From contig CAXXVK010000019.1 of assembly GCA_963676915.2 (NCBI GenBank), positions 26,433-90,432 on the forward strand: a stretch of 64,000 nt of DNA, read 5' to 3'. Below, in pieces: positions 10,951-20,205 of this stretch. The position numbers and the translations under genes were made by a program. The notes below the pieces were generated by a model. That model ran no database searches and was not told the origin of the DNA. It was given only the letters and a program-made list of their open reading frames with translations. The DNA is from Myxococcota bacterium. Lineage in GTDB: Bacteria; Myxococcota_A; SURF-8; G963663525. Each line of letters begins with the position of its first letter. Within the stretch, counting starts at the first letter, position 1.

Positions 10951-13449
10951 TTAATGGAGAGACCTACAAAGACGGAAGCCGACACCGTAGCCACGGTATG
11001 AAGGCGAACCGCTGGTGCGTGTTGCTGACCGGCAGCTCTTAGCGCCGTTGCTCCAAAAGCCGCCACGCACGACGTGGCTTGTGCCAGAGCTCTGACCTAT
11101 GGGATCGGTTGCTACATCGTCCTCATAGGAACTCTGATTGAAGTTCCAGGTCCATTCTGCAAGATTGCCGCTCATATCGTAAAGATCCCAGTCGTTAGGC
11201 TCTTTGGTACCCACAGGCTTTGTGCCATAGTCCGGAGTTTCCGGGTTGCCATTGTTCCCACAGAACCAACCGATCCGGTCCAAGTTGGAATCAACAGGAA
11301 CACAGTATTGTTGTGTGATCGTTCCATCGTTTTCATCATTCTGATAAAACGCCGTATATTGATTCCCTGCTCGAATCGCATATTCCCATTCTGCCTCCGT
11401 CGGCAACCGATATCCCTCACAATCCTGTGGTTTTTCCACACCATCGGCCAAGGTCACTGTCGCCGACTCAATCCCGCCGTAGGTCAAATCATCATCGAAG
11501 CAATCCATATAATCAGTGCCTACGCTTCCGCCGTATTTGCATTCCACGGCCGTCAGTGCATAGCAGGTAGGGCGTTCGGCATTCAAGGACAACCGATTCG
11601 CATATGCCAGGGTATCATACCAACTCACGTACTTTATCGGATGATCGTCACCGCAGCCATTTGCACATTCGGAATAGTAGGTATCCATTGCATTCCAACC
11701 TGTTAACGCCTCGAATTCCTTTTCCGTGATCTCATACCTGTTCAATTCGAAGTCGTAGGTCAATGTTACTTGATGAAGCGTTTCATTGGAAAATCGCCCC
11801 AATTCCTCTGTGCAAGCGCCTGGATATCCCTCCGGGCAGTCGCCGTCCGGCGAACCCATCCAGAACGTTCCAGCGGTGATGGAAACAAAACTTGGAGTCG
11901 GGATCAACTGACAATTGGGATAATCCGAATAGCCTTGCGCACATTCGGTACAGTAATCGCCGGCATAACCGGTCGCGCAAGTGCAGAAATCGTCTTCGCT
12001 GTTACAAGTACCGTGATCGTTGCAGGAGTACGTCGTTCCCGAGCATATACCGCCCGTTCCGCAGATATCCGTATGCGTGCAGGCGTTGGCGTCGTTGCAG
12101 TTTCCCGATTCTTTCGTTGTCCATGCGTTCCAGGCTGAGACCGATTCACAAATCCGACATGTGCCATCTCCTGATGCGGTTTCCGTCGTGCCCTCGTCGA
12201 AGCAGGCTTCAGCAATGTAACAGCCCGCATTTGTACCGCTTACCACACAGTCACCACTGCTGCATGCTGTTTGTGTGCAACCGATTTCGTCCGTGCAGGG
12301 GTTCGTGTCGTCGTTGACCGCTACACATACGCCACCATTGCATACATTGTCCGTACAGGGGCGACCGTCATCTGTCACCGCACAGGTCGCCCCGTCCATG
12401 TTCGACCATCCTCGATCATCGTTGTCGGGATCGCAAGCCACGCAGCCGTCAGTATCCTGGCTGGTACCTTCCGCCACACAGTTTCCATCGATCAAGCAGC
12501 CCGTCGTTACCGTTTCCACCACACAAGAGCCGTCCACACAATGATCATTCGTGCATTCGTGATCCAAGTCACAAGTGTTTTCGTTGTCGTTTGTGTCCGT
12601 GCAGGTGTTGGCTACGCATGAAAGGTCCGTGCAGGGGTTGTCATCCTCAGCATAGTCGGTACAACCAAGTGCATCGTAGCAATCTTTGCAAATCCCGGAA
12701 ACGCACTGGTCGGTATTATCCTCACCACAGGATGTACCGTCCGAAGCGTTTGGATTCGTACAAATTCCAGAGGCGATATCGCAGGCTCCGGCAACGTGGC
12801 AATCATCCGAAGCGGTGCAGATTACCGGAGCCGTAGTTTCGTTGCACGAGCCGCTGACACAGGTGCTTACTCCGTTGCAAGCGTTGGAATCGTCATTGCA
12901 GATTTCACCGTCCGCAACAAAAGTATCCACCGGGCAATCTTCGTCTATGCCATCGCAGACTTCCGCGATATCGCATTCCCCGGCAGAAGCGCGGCACTCA
13001 AAATCCACTTCATGCAACGTCCAGTCGTTTTTCATCATGGTAGAATCACAGACGAGGCACGCGTGTTCAGGGTTATTGGTCCCGTCGGCAACGCAAACTG
13101 CGTTTATGTCGCAGAAGCCGGTATCGCAAATACAATGCCCGGTCTCTGCGTCGCAAACGCGGTGATCGGTTTCATCGCAGGTGTTCGAAGAGCAAAGTTC
13201 GTCTGTTTCCTCTTCTTGATCGTTAGTGACAGTATCGTCGTCTGCATCACCATCACCATCGGTATCGACATCATTATCGGTAGAACCATCGCCATCGGCA
13301 ATCGGATCATCACTATCCGTCGTCTGTTGGTCACTATCTCCAATGGTCGAACCGGTGTTACCCTCCGAGGCACAACCTGAAAACACGATTAACAGCATCA
13401 CGATACAAATACCTGACATACAACCTGATCTTGTCATTATTGCACTCAC
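10951..13449 (-). CDS. Lipoprotein with Cys-rich (disintegrin/EGF-like) repeats and a C-terminal FGE-sulfatase (SUMF1/C-type lectin fold) domain
   Basis: Lipobox FSGC; CRASAGECDIAEVCDG; DDNPCTD repeats; FWMGSP, RLPTEAEWEYA, NDWDLYDMSGNLAEW, VRGGFW, GFRLCR. Confidence 0.9.
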   Translation of the reverse strand: MSAIMTRSGCMSGICIVMLLIVFSGCASEGNTGSTIGDSDQQTTDSDDPIADGDGSTDNDVDTDGDGDADDDTVTNDQEEETDELCSSNTCDETDHRVCDAETGHCICDTGFCDINAVCVADGTNNPEHACLVCDSTMMKNDWTLHEVDFECRASAGECDIAEVCDGIDEDCPVDTFVADGEICNDDSNACNGVSTCVSGSCNETTAPVICTASDDCHVAGACDIASGICTNPNASDGTSCGEDNTDQCVSGICKDCYDALGCTDYAEDDNPCTDLSCVANTCTDTNDNENTCDLDHECTNDHCVDGSCVVETVTTGCLIDGNCVAEGTSQDTDGCVACDPDNDDRGWSNMDGATCAVTDDGRPCTDNVCNGGVCVAVNDDTNPCTDEIGCTQTACSSGDCVVSGTNAGCYIAEACFDEGTTETASGDGTCRICESVSAWNAWTTKESGNCNDANACTHTDICGTGGICSGTTYSCNDHGTCNSEDDFCTCATGYAGDYCTECAQGYSDYPNCQLIPTPSFVSITAGTFWMGSPDGDCPEGYPGACTEELGRFSNETLHQVTLTYDFELNRYEITEKEFEALTGWNAMDTYYSECANGCGDDHPIKYVSWYDTLAYANRLSLNAERPTCYALTAVECKYGGSVGTDYMDCFDDDLTYGGIESATVTLADGVEKPQDCEGYRLPTEAEWEYAIRAGNQYTAFYQNDENDGTITQQYCVPVDSNLDRIGWFCGNNGNPETPDYGTKPVGTKEPNDWDLYDMSGNLAEWTWNFNQSSYEDDVATDPIGQSSGTSHVVRGGFWSNGAKSCRSATRTSGSPSYRGYGVGFRLCRSLH

Positions 13450-13595
13450 TTAAAAGAAAAGGAAGGTAGAATGTGGCTTTATGTGGCAAACATATGTCCA
13501 TACTGGATTGAAGTCAACGATTCTCGCTTAAAGGGTACAACGACCCATTATCTGGGACATTATTCGAAATTCGTGCATTTCGTTACATCCTTCCT

Positions 13596-13928
13596 TCAGA
13601 CTGTAGGTTTTGATGCGAAAACCACGCAGGATGTGCATGATGAAGGAAAAGCAGGTGAGGTCGAAAGATGGTCCAAATGGCCGATATGAACGGTATCCGG
13701 TTGAACCGATTCTAGAACCTCAACAAAGCGTTGATCCACCTTTACATGTCGGTAACGATCTTTGCTTCGCGGAATGTTGACGAGACGCAGTTTGATTCGA
13801 GCGCCATCACGGTCGGTCTCTTCGGGCATCTCGAAATCTGGCGCAAAGCTGTTTTCTTCTCTGGTCAAAACATGCACTTCGTGCCGATCATCCAGACCGT
13901 GACAGAGCGTTTGGGTATATACCTCCGA
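13596..13928 (-). pseudogene. Fragment of the N-terminal domain of a GT4-family glycosyltransferase
   Basis: In frame SEVYTQTLCHGL..HEVHVLTRE...VQPDTVHIGHLDHLS; no start codon and no C-terminal domain. Confidence 0.65.
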
Positions 13929-14082
13929 ACGGGAAAATTCAGCCGGATTTCATTCCAATTCGAGAGACATAAGTTTACGTGATAAGAAAATATAAAGGCG
14001 TGCAGTCAGTAGGGAAAAGCTTTATAATTACGATAATTACATTTCTACAATGCGTACAATACGTGCGCGTTGATCCTTGCAT

Positions 14083-14814
14083 TTATCCCGCTTCGCCTTG
14101 ATCGATCAATTCTTGGATGGAAGTCCTTGTGCGTTCCATCAAGCTTTCGACCGTCTCGTTTTCTTTGAGTTCAATCGGATTGCCGAACCGCAATATGGCC
14201 GAACCGGAGTGAATCCGTCTCGAACCCGGAGGAAGGATTCGTTCCGTTCCCAAGACGACCATCGGCTGAATGGGGACGCCTGCCGAAAGAGCCAAGTAGA
14301 AGGCTCCCTTTTTGAACGGCAACAAGCCTTCTCCGGGCTGGCTACGCCTTCCTTCCGGGCAAACCATGACATGGGTTCCATGTTGAATCAGACGCCTGGC
14401 TTCTTCCATCGTGGCTCTTGCTTGCTGGGAATCGTCACGATCCACGAACAGCATTCCGACTTTTTCCACGACCGGACCGAAAAGCGGAACTTCACGAATA
14501 GATCGTTTGCCGATGAAAGAGAGAAAAACTGGCTCATGCAACAAAATCATCGGCGTATCGTACAAACTTCGATGGTTGACGATCCAGACCATGGGTCTTG
14601 AAAGATCCAGGTTGTCCCGACCCTCCACAAAAGGTTTGACTCCCGCCAGAACCAGAAAGCATTTCGACCATGGATACACGATCCAATGCCGAAGCGTGGA
14701 CTTCGAAGCGCCCAAAGCAGAAATGGTCAGAGCGAAAATGGCGAAAATGAAGGTAACAACTCCTACAAAGGTTATTGCATAGGCTTCGATCAACAGGTTT
14801 TTGAGTGCTTTCAT
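14083..14814 (-). CDS. plsC: 1-acyl-sn-glycerol-3-phosphate acyltransferase
   Basis: NHRSLYD, FVDR, PEGRRS, FKKGAF motifs; start chosen at ATG 14814. Confidence 0.9.
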   Translation of the reverse strand: MKALKNLLIEAYAITFVGVVTFIFAIFALTISALGASKSTLRHWIVYPWSKCFLVLAGVKPFVEGRDNLDLSRPMVWIVNHRSLYDTPMILLHEPVFLSFIGKRSIREVPLFGPVVEKVGMLFVDRDDSQQARATMEEARRLIQHGTHVMVCPEGRRSQPGEGLLPFKKGAFYLALSAGVPIQPMVVLGTERILPPGSRRIHSGSAILRFGNPIELKENETVESLMERTRTSIQELIDQGEAG

Positions 14815-14913
14815 GCTTGAATTTTGCCTGTAAATAGCCTTTGGAATGGGTGCCATATGAGAACCATGCAAAAAGAAAGGGTTCATGCAAACTGCATAAA
14901 CCCTTGAAATCAT

Positions 14914-14989
14914 TGGCTCCGGCGGTAGGACTCGAACCTACGACCTAGTGGTTAACAGCCACCCGCTCTACCGATTGAGCTACGCCGGA
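14914..14989 (-). tRNA. tRNA-Asn(GTT)
   Basis: TCCGGCGTAGCTCAATCGGTAGAGCGGGTGGCTGTTAACCACTAGGTCGTAGGTTCGAGTCCTACCGCCGGAGCCA: 76-nt cloverleaf, GTT anticodon, encoded CCA. Confidence 0.98.
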
Positions 14990-15538
14990 TCAAAAGTTTC
15001 TTTGACGAAACCAAGTGGGTAATAATCGTTAAAATGTTGTTTGTCAAGAGGATTCTTTTCGGTCCGTTGAAAATGAGCTTTTTTCTACAGGAAAAATCAG
15101 GCGGGTATTGTTAAATTTCGAAAAAGTCTCTCTTTATGTCGGATTTGATTCATACACGTTGAACACTCGAAAAGGCAGATCGTAAACAAGCAACAGTGTA
15201 TTTTGAACATGGTTATTTACGATTTTGACCAACACAATTGCCCGACCCGAATAATTCATGAAAAACCTGCTGAGATTTGAAAACGTTCTCGTTTCCCGAT
15301 TTTTGTGAATTCTTCAGGTTGTGGGAGTATCGGAATGTGTTTCAACAAACTTGTACTATGGTTTTGTAATGATTCCTTCGTTTTCTAGAAATCGGAAAGC
15401 AGATGGTTTTGTTGACCGGATATGGAAAAATTGTTGAAAAGATTCACTGTTGTAGAAGCAAGCTTGTCGTTGGCGGTGGTCTTGTCTATACTTTCTTCGT
15501 ATTTGGTGAATTCGTTTGTAAATAGTAAGGAATTGCGT

Positions 15539-18115
15539 ATGAGGATACGAACCAAATTCCTGGTTCCGGCGATTGTCGGGATGATGGTCCTTGGATGCAC
15601 GGTCTATGTGATCGCCGCCAACGTGTTTCAGAGCACGATAGAAGAAAGCGTCAATCGCAGGATTCGAGATCTGATTGCCGCCACAGAGCGGGAATCGGAC
15701 CTGCTGGCAGAGCGCGCCGTGCAGCTTTCGAGTATCCTGGCCGATCTTCCCGAAGTAAAAGAAGCTTACAAGTCGATGCAGGAGGGAAACCTCGATAACG
15801 AGAGTGACCCGGTAGTTCAAAAGGCTCGGGAAAAATTACGTCGGGATCTCGTGCGCTATCTTGCGTCATTTCGGAACATGTCGCATGGAAACGTACTCAA
15901 GGCACATTTTCATTTGCCGACCATCCGAAGTTTTTTACGTGTATGGCGTACCAGGCAAGCATTGAGGGAAGGGCAATGGATCGACGTTTCGGACGATCTC
16001 AGTAGCTTTCGGCAAACCGTCGTTGTGGTCAATCAAAAACGAAGTCCCATCAAAGGGTTGGAATTGGGGCGAGGGGGATTCACCATTCGTGGGTTGGTCC
16101 CGATAACCATGGAAGATGGGCGTCACGCAGGGTCGGTAGAAGTTCTGTATGCCTACGAAGATGTTCTCCACAGTGTTCTCGATCCGGCCAATACTCGTTT
16201 TGCCCTATTCATGAATAAACGATTCCTTCCGATTACAACCGCTTTTGAAAATCGCGAGACTTTCCCTATTGTGCCGGATGAGACGGGCGAATACGTATTG
16301 TTGGCTTCCACATTGGATAAAGATACAAAACCGCGTTTTCGAACGGAAACATTGTCTCGTGGATACGGACAACGTTTTTCCGAACGGAGCGGTGACCTGT
16401 TTCGTGCCTATTTTCCCGTCAAAGATTACAATGGGAAACCCATTGGCGTCGTGCAGTTGGAAACGGACATTTCTGCCGTTCATCAAACGATGACGATGTT
16501 TCGCCTGTATGTGATAGGAACAACGATTGGGTTGATCGTTTTATTGACGTTTTTGCTCGTGCTGATCGGGCAGCGCATCACTCGTCCGGTGCAAGTGATG
16601 ATGGATCGGCTCAATAATATCGCGTATGCCGATGGGGATTTGAGCAGCCGTTTGGTTGTTCGCAGTACGGACGAAATCGGCGGCGTTGCGGTGCTTTTCA
16701 ACGCTTTCGTGGCGAGGCTTCAGGCTTCGTTTTCCGAGATTACGGCAGATCTGGTGGAATTGCAGAAAAAAGTCAACGCTTTGCTTTCGAACGCGAGTCT
16801 ACCAACCGGTGAAGCAAAAAACGACGCGAAGAAGGAAGACTCGCCGATTCAGGTTCATTCTATTGCCGAGGCCACGAGGGCTGTGGGTAAAATCATCGAT
16901 AAAGTGGAAATCGCTATTGCTCAACGCAGCCGAATAGAAGAGGCACAGCGGCTCCTTGTGGCTATCGTCGAATCTTCCAACGATGCCATTATGGCGGTGG
17001 ATCGGGAAGGTTGCATCCTTACATGGAACCTCGGGGCTACCCGGTTGTACGGGTATGAGGAAAAAGAGATCCTCGGACAACCGCTGGCGACATTGATCGA
17101 CGGCAGCCGTACGGAAGAATTGAAAAGTATCCGCGAGGCGATTGAAAGCGGCGTAGTATTTAGGAATTACGAGACGATTCGTCGAACGAAAGAAGGCCGG
17201 AGTTTTCCTGTATCCATGCTGATTTCACCGATTCTCTCGGAAAGTGGGGAACGAAAAGGTGCGGCGGTTATCGAGCGAGATATTACCCGACGCAAAGAGC
17301 TGGAAAAGTCGGCGGAAATACGACGGAAACAGTTGATGCAAGCCGACAAGTTGGCTTCTCTGGGAACGCTGGTGGCGGGCATGGCTCACGAAATCAGCAA
17401 TCCAAACAGTTTCATCATGCTCAATTCTCCGATTATTCTCGAAATCTGGCAAGGTGTATTGCCTGTATTGGATCGCTACTACGAGGAAAACGGAGATTTC
17501 CAAATCGGAAAAATGAACTATTCCTCCTGTCGTGAATGGGTTCCGATGTTGCTGGAAGACATCGGAAAAGGTGCGGATAGGATCAAGGGTATTGTGAGTA
17601 ATCTCAAGGACTTTGCTCGACAGGACATTTCTTCGATGGACCAGGATGTGGATCTGAATGAGGTTGTGGATTCTGCCATTACATTGACCGGTAACCGCCT
17701 GAAGAAAACCACACGAAAGCTGTCGGTTGAACTGGAAGAAAAGCTGCCGAAAGTAAAAGGCAATTTCCAGAGAATCGAGCAGGTGGTCATCAATTTGATC
17801 CTCAATGCTTGCGATGCTCTGCCCGATATGGACCGGGCCTTGCGGATTTCGACACGAATGGAAGAGGGAACTCCTACAAGGGTGCTGCTTTGCGTTGAGG
17901 ATGAGGGCGAGGGAATTGAGTCGGAAATTATGGATCGCATCAAAGACCCGTTTTTCACGACCAAGCGCGAAAGTGGCGGAACGGGACTGGGGCTTTCGAT
18001 TTCGGATGGAATCATCAAAGATCACGATGGCGTTTTGAGCTTCGATTCCATCGTGGGAAAAGGTACGAAAGTAACGATCGGTATTCCGGTTTCGGAGGAT
18101 GGGACGGATCGATGA
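15539..18115 (+). CDS. Sensor histidine kinase (Cache-type periplasmic domain, HAMP, PAS, HisKA, HATPase)
   Basis: Two TM segments; HFHLP..SFLRVW; HAMP STDEIG; PAS WNLGATRLYGY; AHEISNP; NLILNA; FFTTK...GTGLGL. Confidence 0.93.
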   Translation: MRIRTKFLVPAIVGMMVLGCTVYVIAANVFQSTIEESVNRRIRDLIAATERESDLLAERAVQLSSILADLPEVKEAYKSMQEGNLDNESDPVVQKAREKLRRDLVRYLASFRNMSHGNVLKAHFHLPTIRSFLRVWRTRQALREGQWIDVSDDLSSFRQTVVVVNQKRSPIKGLELGRGGFTIRGLVPITMEDGRHAGSVEVLYAYEDVLHSVLDPANTRFALFMNKRFLPITTAFENRETFPIVPDETGEYVLLASTLDKDTKPRFRTETLSRGYGQRFSERSGDLFRAYFPVKDYNGKPIGVVQLETDISAVHQTMTMFRLYVIGTTIGLIVLLTFLLVLIGQRITRPVQVMMDRLNNIAYADGDLSSRLVVRSTDEIGGVAVLFNAFVARLQASFSEITADLVELQKKVNALLSNASLPTGEAKNDAKKEDSPIQVHSIAEATRAVGKIIDKVEIAIAQRSRIEEAQRLLVAIVESSNDAIMAVDREGCILTWNLGATRLYGYEEKEILGQPLATLIDGSRTEELKSIREAIESGVVFRNYETIRRTKEGRSFPVSMLISPILSESGERKGAAVIERDITRRKELEKSAEIRRKQLMQADKLASLGTLVAGMAHEISNPNSFIMLNSPIILEIWQGVLPVLDRYYEENGDFQIGKMNYSSCREWVPMLLEDIGKGADRIKGIVSNLKDFARQDISSMDQDVDLNEVVDSAITLTGNRLKKTTRKLSVELEEKLPKVKGNFQRIEQVVINLILNACDALPDMDRALRISTRMEEGTPTRVLLCVEDEGEGIESEIMDRIKDPFFTTKRESGGTGLGLSISDGIIKDHDGVLSFDSIVGKGTKVTIGIPVSEDGTDR

Positions 18116-19518
18116 ATTCACAGATCAAACAACAGACGGTACTTTTGGTGGATGACGAAATCCAGATTCTGCGAAGCTACGAAATGACGTTGCGGATGGA
18201 AGGCTACACTCGTGTGATTTCCAATCAGGACAGCCGTGAAACACTGGCAGCCTTCAAAAAATCGCAGCCGAGTCTTGTATTGCTCGATCTAACGATGCCG
18301 CATGTATCCGGTGAAGAGTTGTTGAAAGATATCAAGGCTGACTCTCCACAGACGCCGGTGGTGATCATTACCGGAAACGATGCCGTCGAAACGGCGGTGG
18401 ATTGCATGAAGAACGGCGCCGAGGATTATCTCGTCAAGCCGGTTTCGAAAGATCGCCTCCTTCGTACCGTAGAGCGCGTTCTTGCCTCCAACGAGTGGCG
18501 GAAGCACGTTCAATTGCTCGAACGAAAAGTAAAATCTCCACAATTGGAAAATCCCGAGGCGTTTTCGGAAATCGTTACGAATCATTACAAAATGTTGTCC
18601 CTGTTCCGTTATGCCGAAACTATCGCCGATTCTTCCGAGCCGGTGTTGATCGTCGGAGATACAGGAGTCGGTAAAGAACTGATGGCGCAAGCCATATACA
18701 AAGCGGGAGGTAGTAGAGGAGAGTTCGTCGCCGTAAATATCGCAGGAGTCAATGAACAGGTATTCGACGATACGCTTTTCGGGCACATCAAAGGAGCTTT
18801 TACCGGGGCTGAAAAATCGCGAGCCGGGTTGGTCGAAAAAGCGTCGGGAGGCACGCTTTTCCTCGATGAAATCGGTGACTTGCCTATGGAATCGCAAGTA
18901 AAGCTATTACGACTGATTCAGGAAGGGGAGTATTTTCCGTTGGGTCAGGACATTCCGAAAAGTGCGGATATTCGTATTGTTGCGGCAACCAATCAACCGT
19001 TGCAAACACGTTGCGAAGCGGGAACATTTCGTAAAGACCTGTTTTTCCGTCTCAACACGCACAATATTGCTTTGCCGCCTTTGAGCGAGCGAGCCTGCGA
19101 CATCCCCTTGCTTGTCGAGGTGTTTCTTCAGGAAGCCACAAAAAGTCGTCCTGATGCCGTAGAACTGGAATTCGAGACGATTCTACCGGATCTCGTTGCG
19201 TATGCATTTCCCGGCAATGTCCGAGAATTGCGCTCGATGGTTTTCGATGCCGTAGCCAGTGGGTCGCTTGATGTTCTCGCCGAACGATTGGGAACGAATC
19301 GCGAGAAATGTCTTCTTCAACCACTACCTGAGGTTTGCAGAGATCAGCAACAAGGCCAGCTTGCCTTTCCACAATCTTTGCCGACGATGGAAGACGCCAA
19401 GGATATGCTTATCGAAGAAGCTTTGAGACGTAGCGGTGGAAACAAAACCATGGCGGCAAAATTGCTGGGAATGACACGACAGGCGTTGAATAAGCGATTG
19501 AGGAAAAACGAAGTGTAA
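18112..19518 (+). CDS. Sigma54-dependent NtrC-family response regulator
   Basis: Receiver domain (VDDE, LLD, KP), GDTGVGKE, GAFTGA, FLDEIGD, C-terminal Fis-type HTH; overlaps the kinase stop. Confidence 0.95.
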   Translation: MNSQIKQQTVLLVDDEIQILRSYEMTLRMEGYTRVISNQDSRETLAAFKKSQPSLVLLDLTMPHVSGEELLKDIKADSPQTPVVIITGNDAVETAVDCMKNGAEDYLVKPVSKDRLLRTVERVLASNEWRKHVQLLERKVKSPQLENPEAFSEIVTNHYKMLSLFRYAETIADSSEPVLIVGDTGVGKELMAQAIYKAGGSRGEFVAVNIAGVNEQVFDDTLFGHIKGAFTGAEKSRAGLVEKASGGTLFLDEIGDLPMESQVKLLRLIQEGEYFPLGQDIPKSADIRIVAATNQPLQTRCEAGTFRKDLFFRLNTHNIALPPLSERACDIPLLVEVFLQEATKSRPDAVELEFETILPDLVAYAFPGNVRELRSMVFDAVASGSLDVLAERLGTNREKCLLQPLPEVCRDQQQGQLAFPQSLPTMEDAKDMLIEEALRRSGGNKTMAAKLLGMTRQALNKRLRKNEV

Positions 19519-19588
19519 CGGAAACATTTTTCCCGCCTCGGTAATTTTCGTTCCATCAACTGAAAGTTCTTGAAATTTCTCGTTTTTA

Positions 19589-19624
19589 TGGAAAGTTTCC
19601 AAAATCGCGGAAACTAAGTTTCCG
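19589..19624. promoter_or_regulatory. Candidate upstream activator sequences (palindromes TGGAAAGTTTCCA and CGGAAACTAAGTTTCCG)
   Basis: Two GGAAA/TTTCC inverted repeats about 80-115 bp upstream of the sigma54 site. Confidence 0.55.
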
Positions 19625-19702
19625 GAATCCCGAGTTTTCCTTCCTAATGTTGAAAATCTCTTAACGTATTGAAAATATAGAGCAAACATCCTTTTTGTAG
19701 GC

Positions 19703-19718
19703 TGGCATTTCTTTTGCT
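19703..19718 (+). promoter_or_regulatory. Sigma54 (-24/-12) promoter
   Basis: TGGCATTTCTTTTGCT, with GG and GC separated by exactly 10 nt; downstream of an NtrC-type activator gene. Confidence 0.8.
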
Positions 19719-19772
19719 CTATCTGGTGCTCATTGACCATGCCGTCCGATGCGGCGGCTTGAATTGGATGCA

Positions 19773-20183
19773 ATGAACGCCAGCCCTCACATTTTAATCG
19801 TAGACAACCAGCGAAGCATACGCTTTTCGGTTCGGTTATCGCTGGAATCGATCGGCTACGCCGTCACGGTCCGTTCCATGGAAGCGGCTTTCGAAGCGCT
19901 TCAAGCCAATTCCACACCCTACGATCTGCTCATTGCCGATTTTCAAATCGAGACGATGAACTGCACGGATTTTATCTCAAAGCTTCGAACCTATCGAAAC
20001 GACTTGCCTATTTTACTGCTGGTCGGTACGCGCTGCCGTAAAGAGATCGAAAAACTTTCTCGACTCCCGGCTATTCATCTTTTGCAAAAGCCATTGGATC
20101 GTAGCCGCCTTTTCACTTCCGTTCAAACGGTGCTTGGCGGAAACGAGACGGATTCTTCCTCTAAAAATTCCCATCAGTCTTGA
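19773..20183 (+). CDS. Stand-alone receiver-domain protein (atypical)
   Basis: ILIVDNQ, YDLLIADF, LQKP; acidic pocket and Thr/Ser switch residue are degenerate. Confidence 0.75.
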   Translation: MNASPHILIVDNQRSIRFSVRLSLESIGYAVTVRSMEAAFEALQANSTPYDLLIADFQIETMNCTDFISKLRTYRNDLPILLLVGTRCRKEIEKLSRLPAIHLLQKPLDRSRLFTSVQTVLGGNETDSSSKNSHQS

Positions 20184-20205
20184 AGAATGTGAAAGGAGTT
20201 CCTGC

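Noticed and set aside
14914-14989. tRNA-Asn as the attachment site of an integrative element
   Set aside because: No integrase and no duplicated tRNA 3' end were found in the window; plsC lies immediately downstream.
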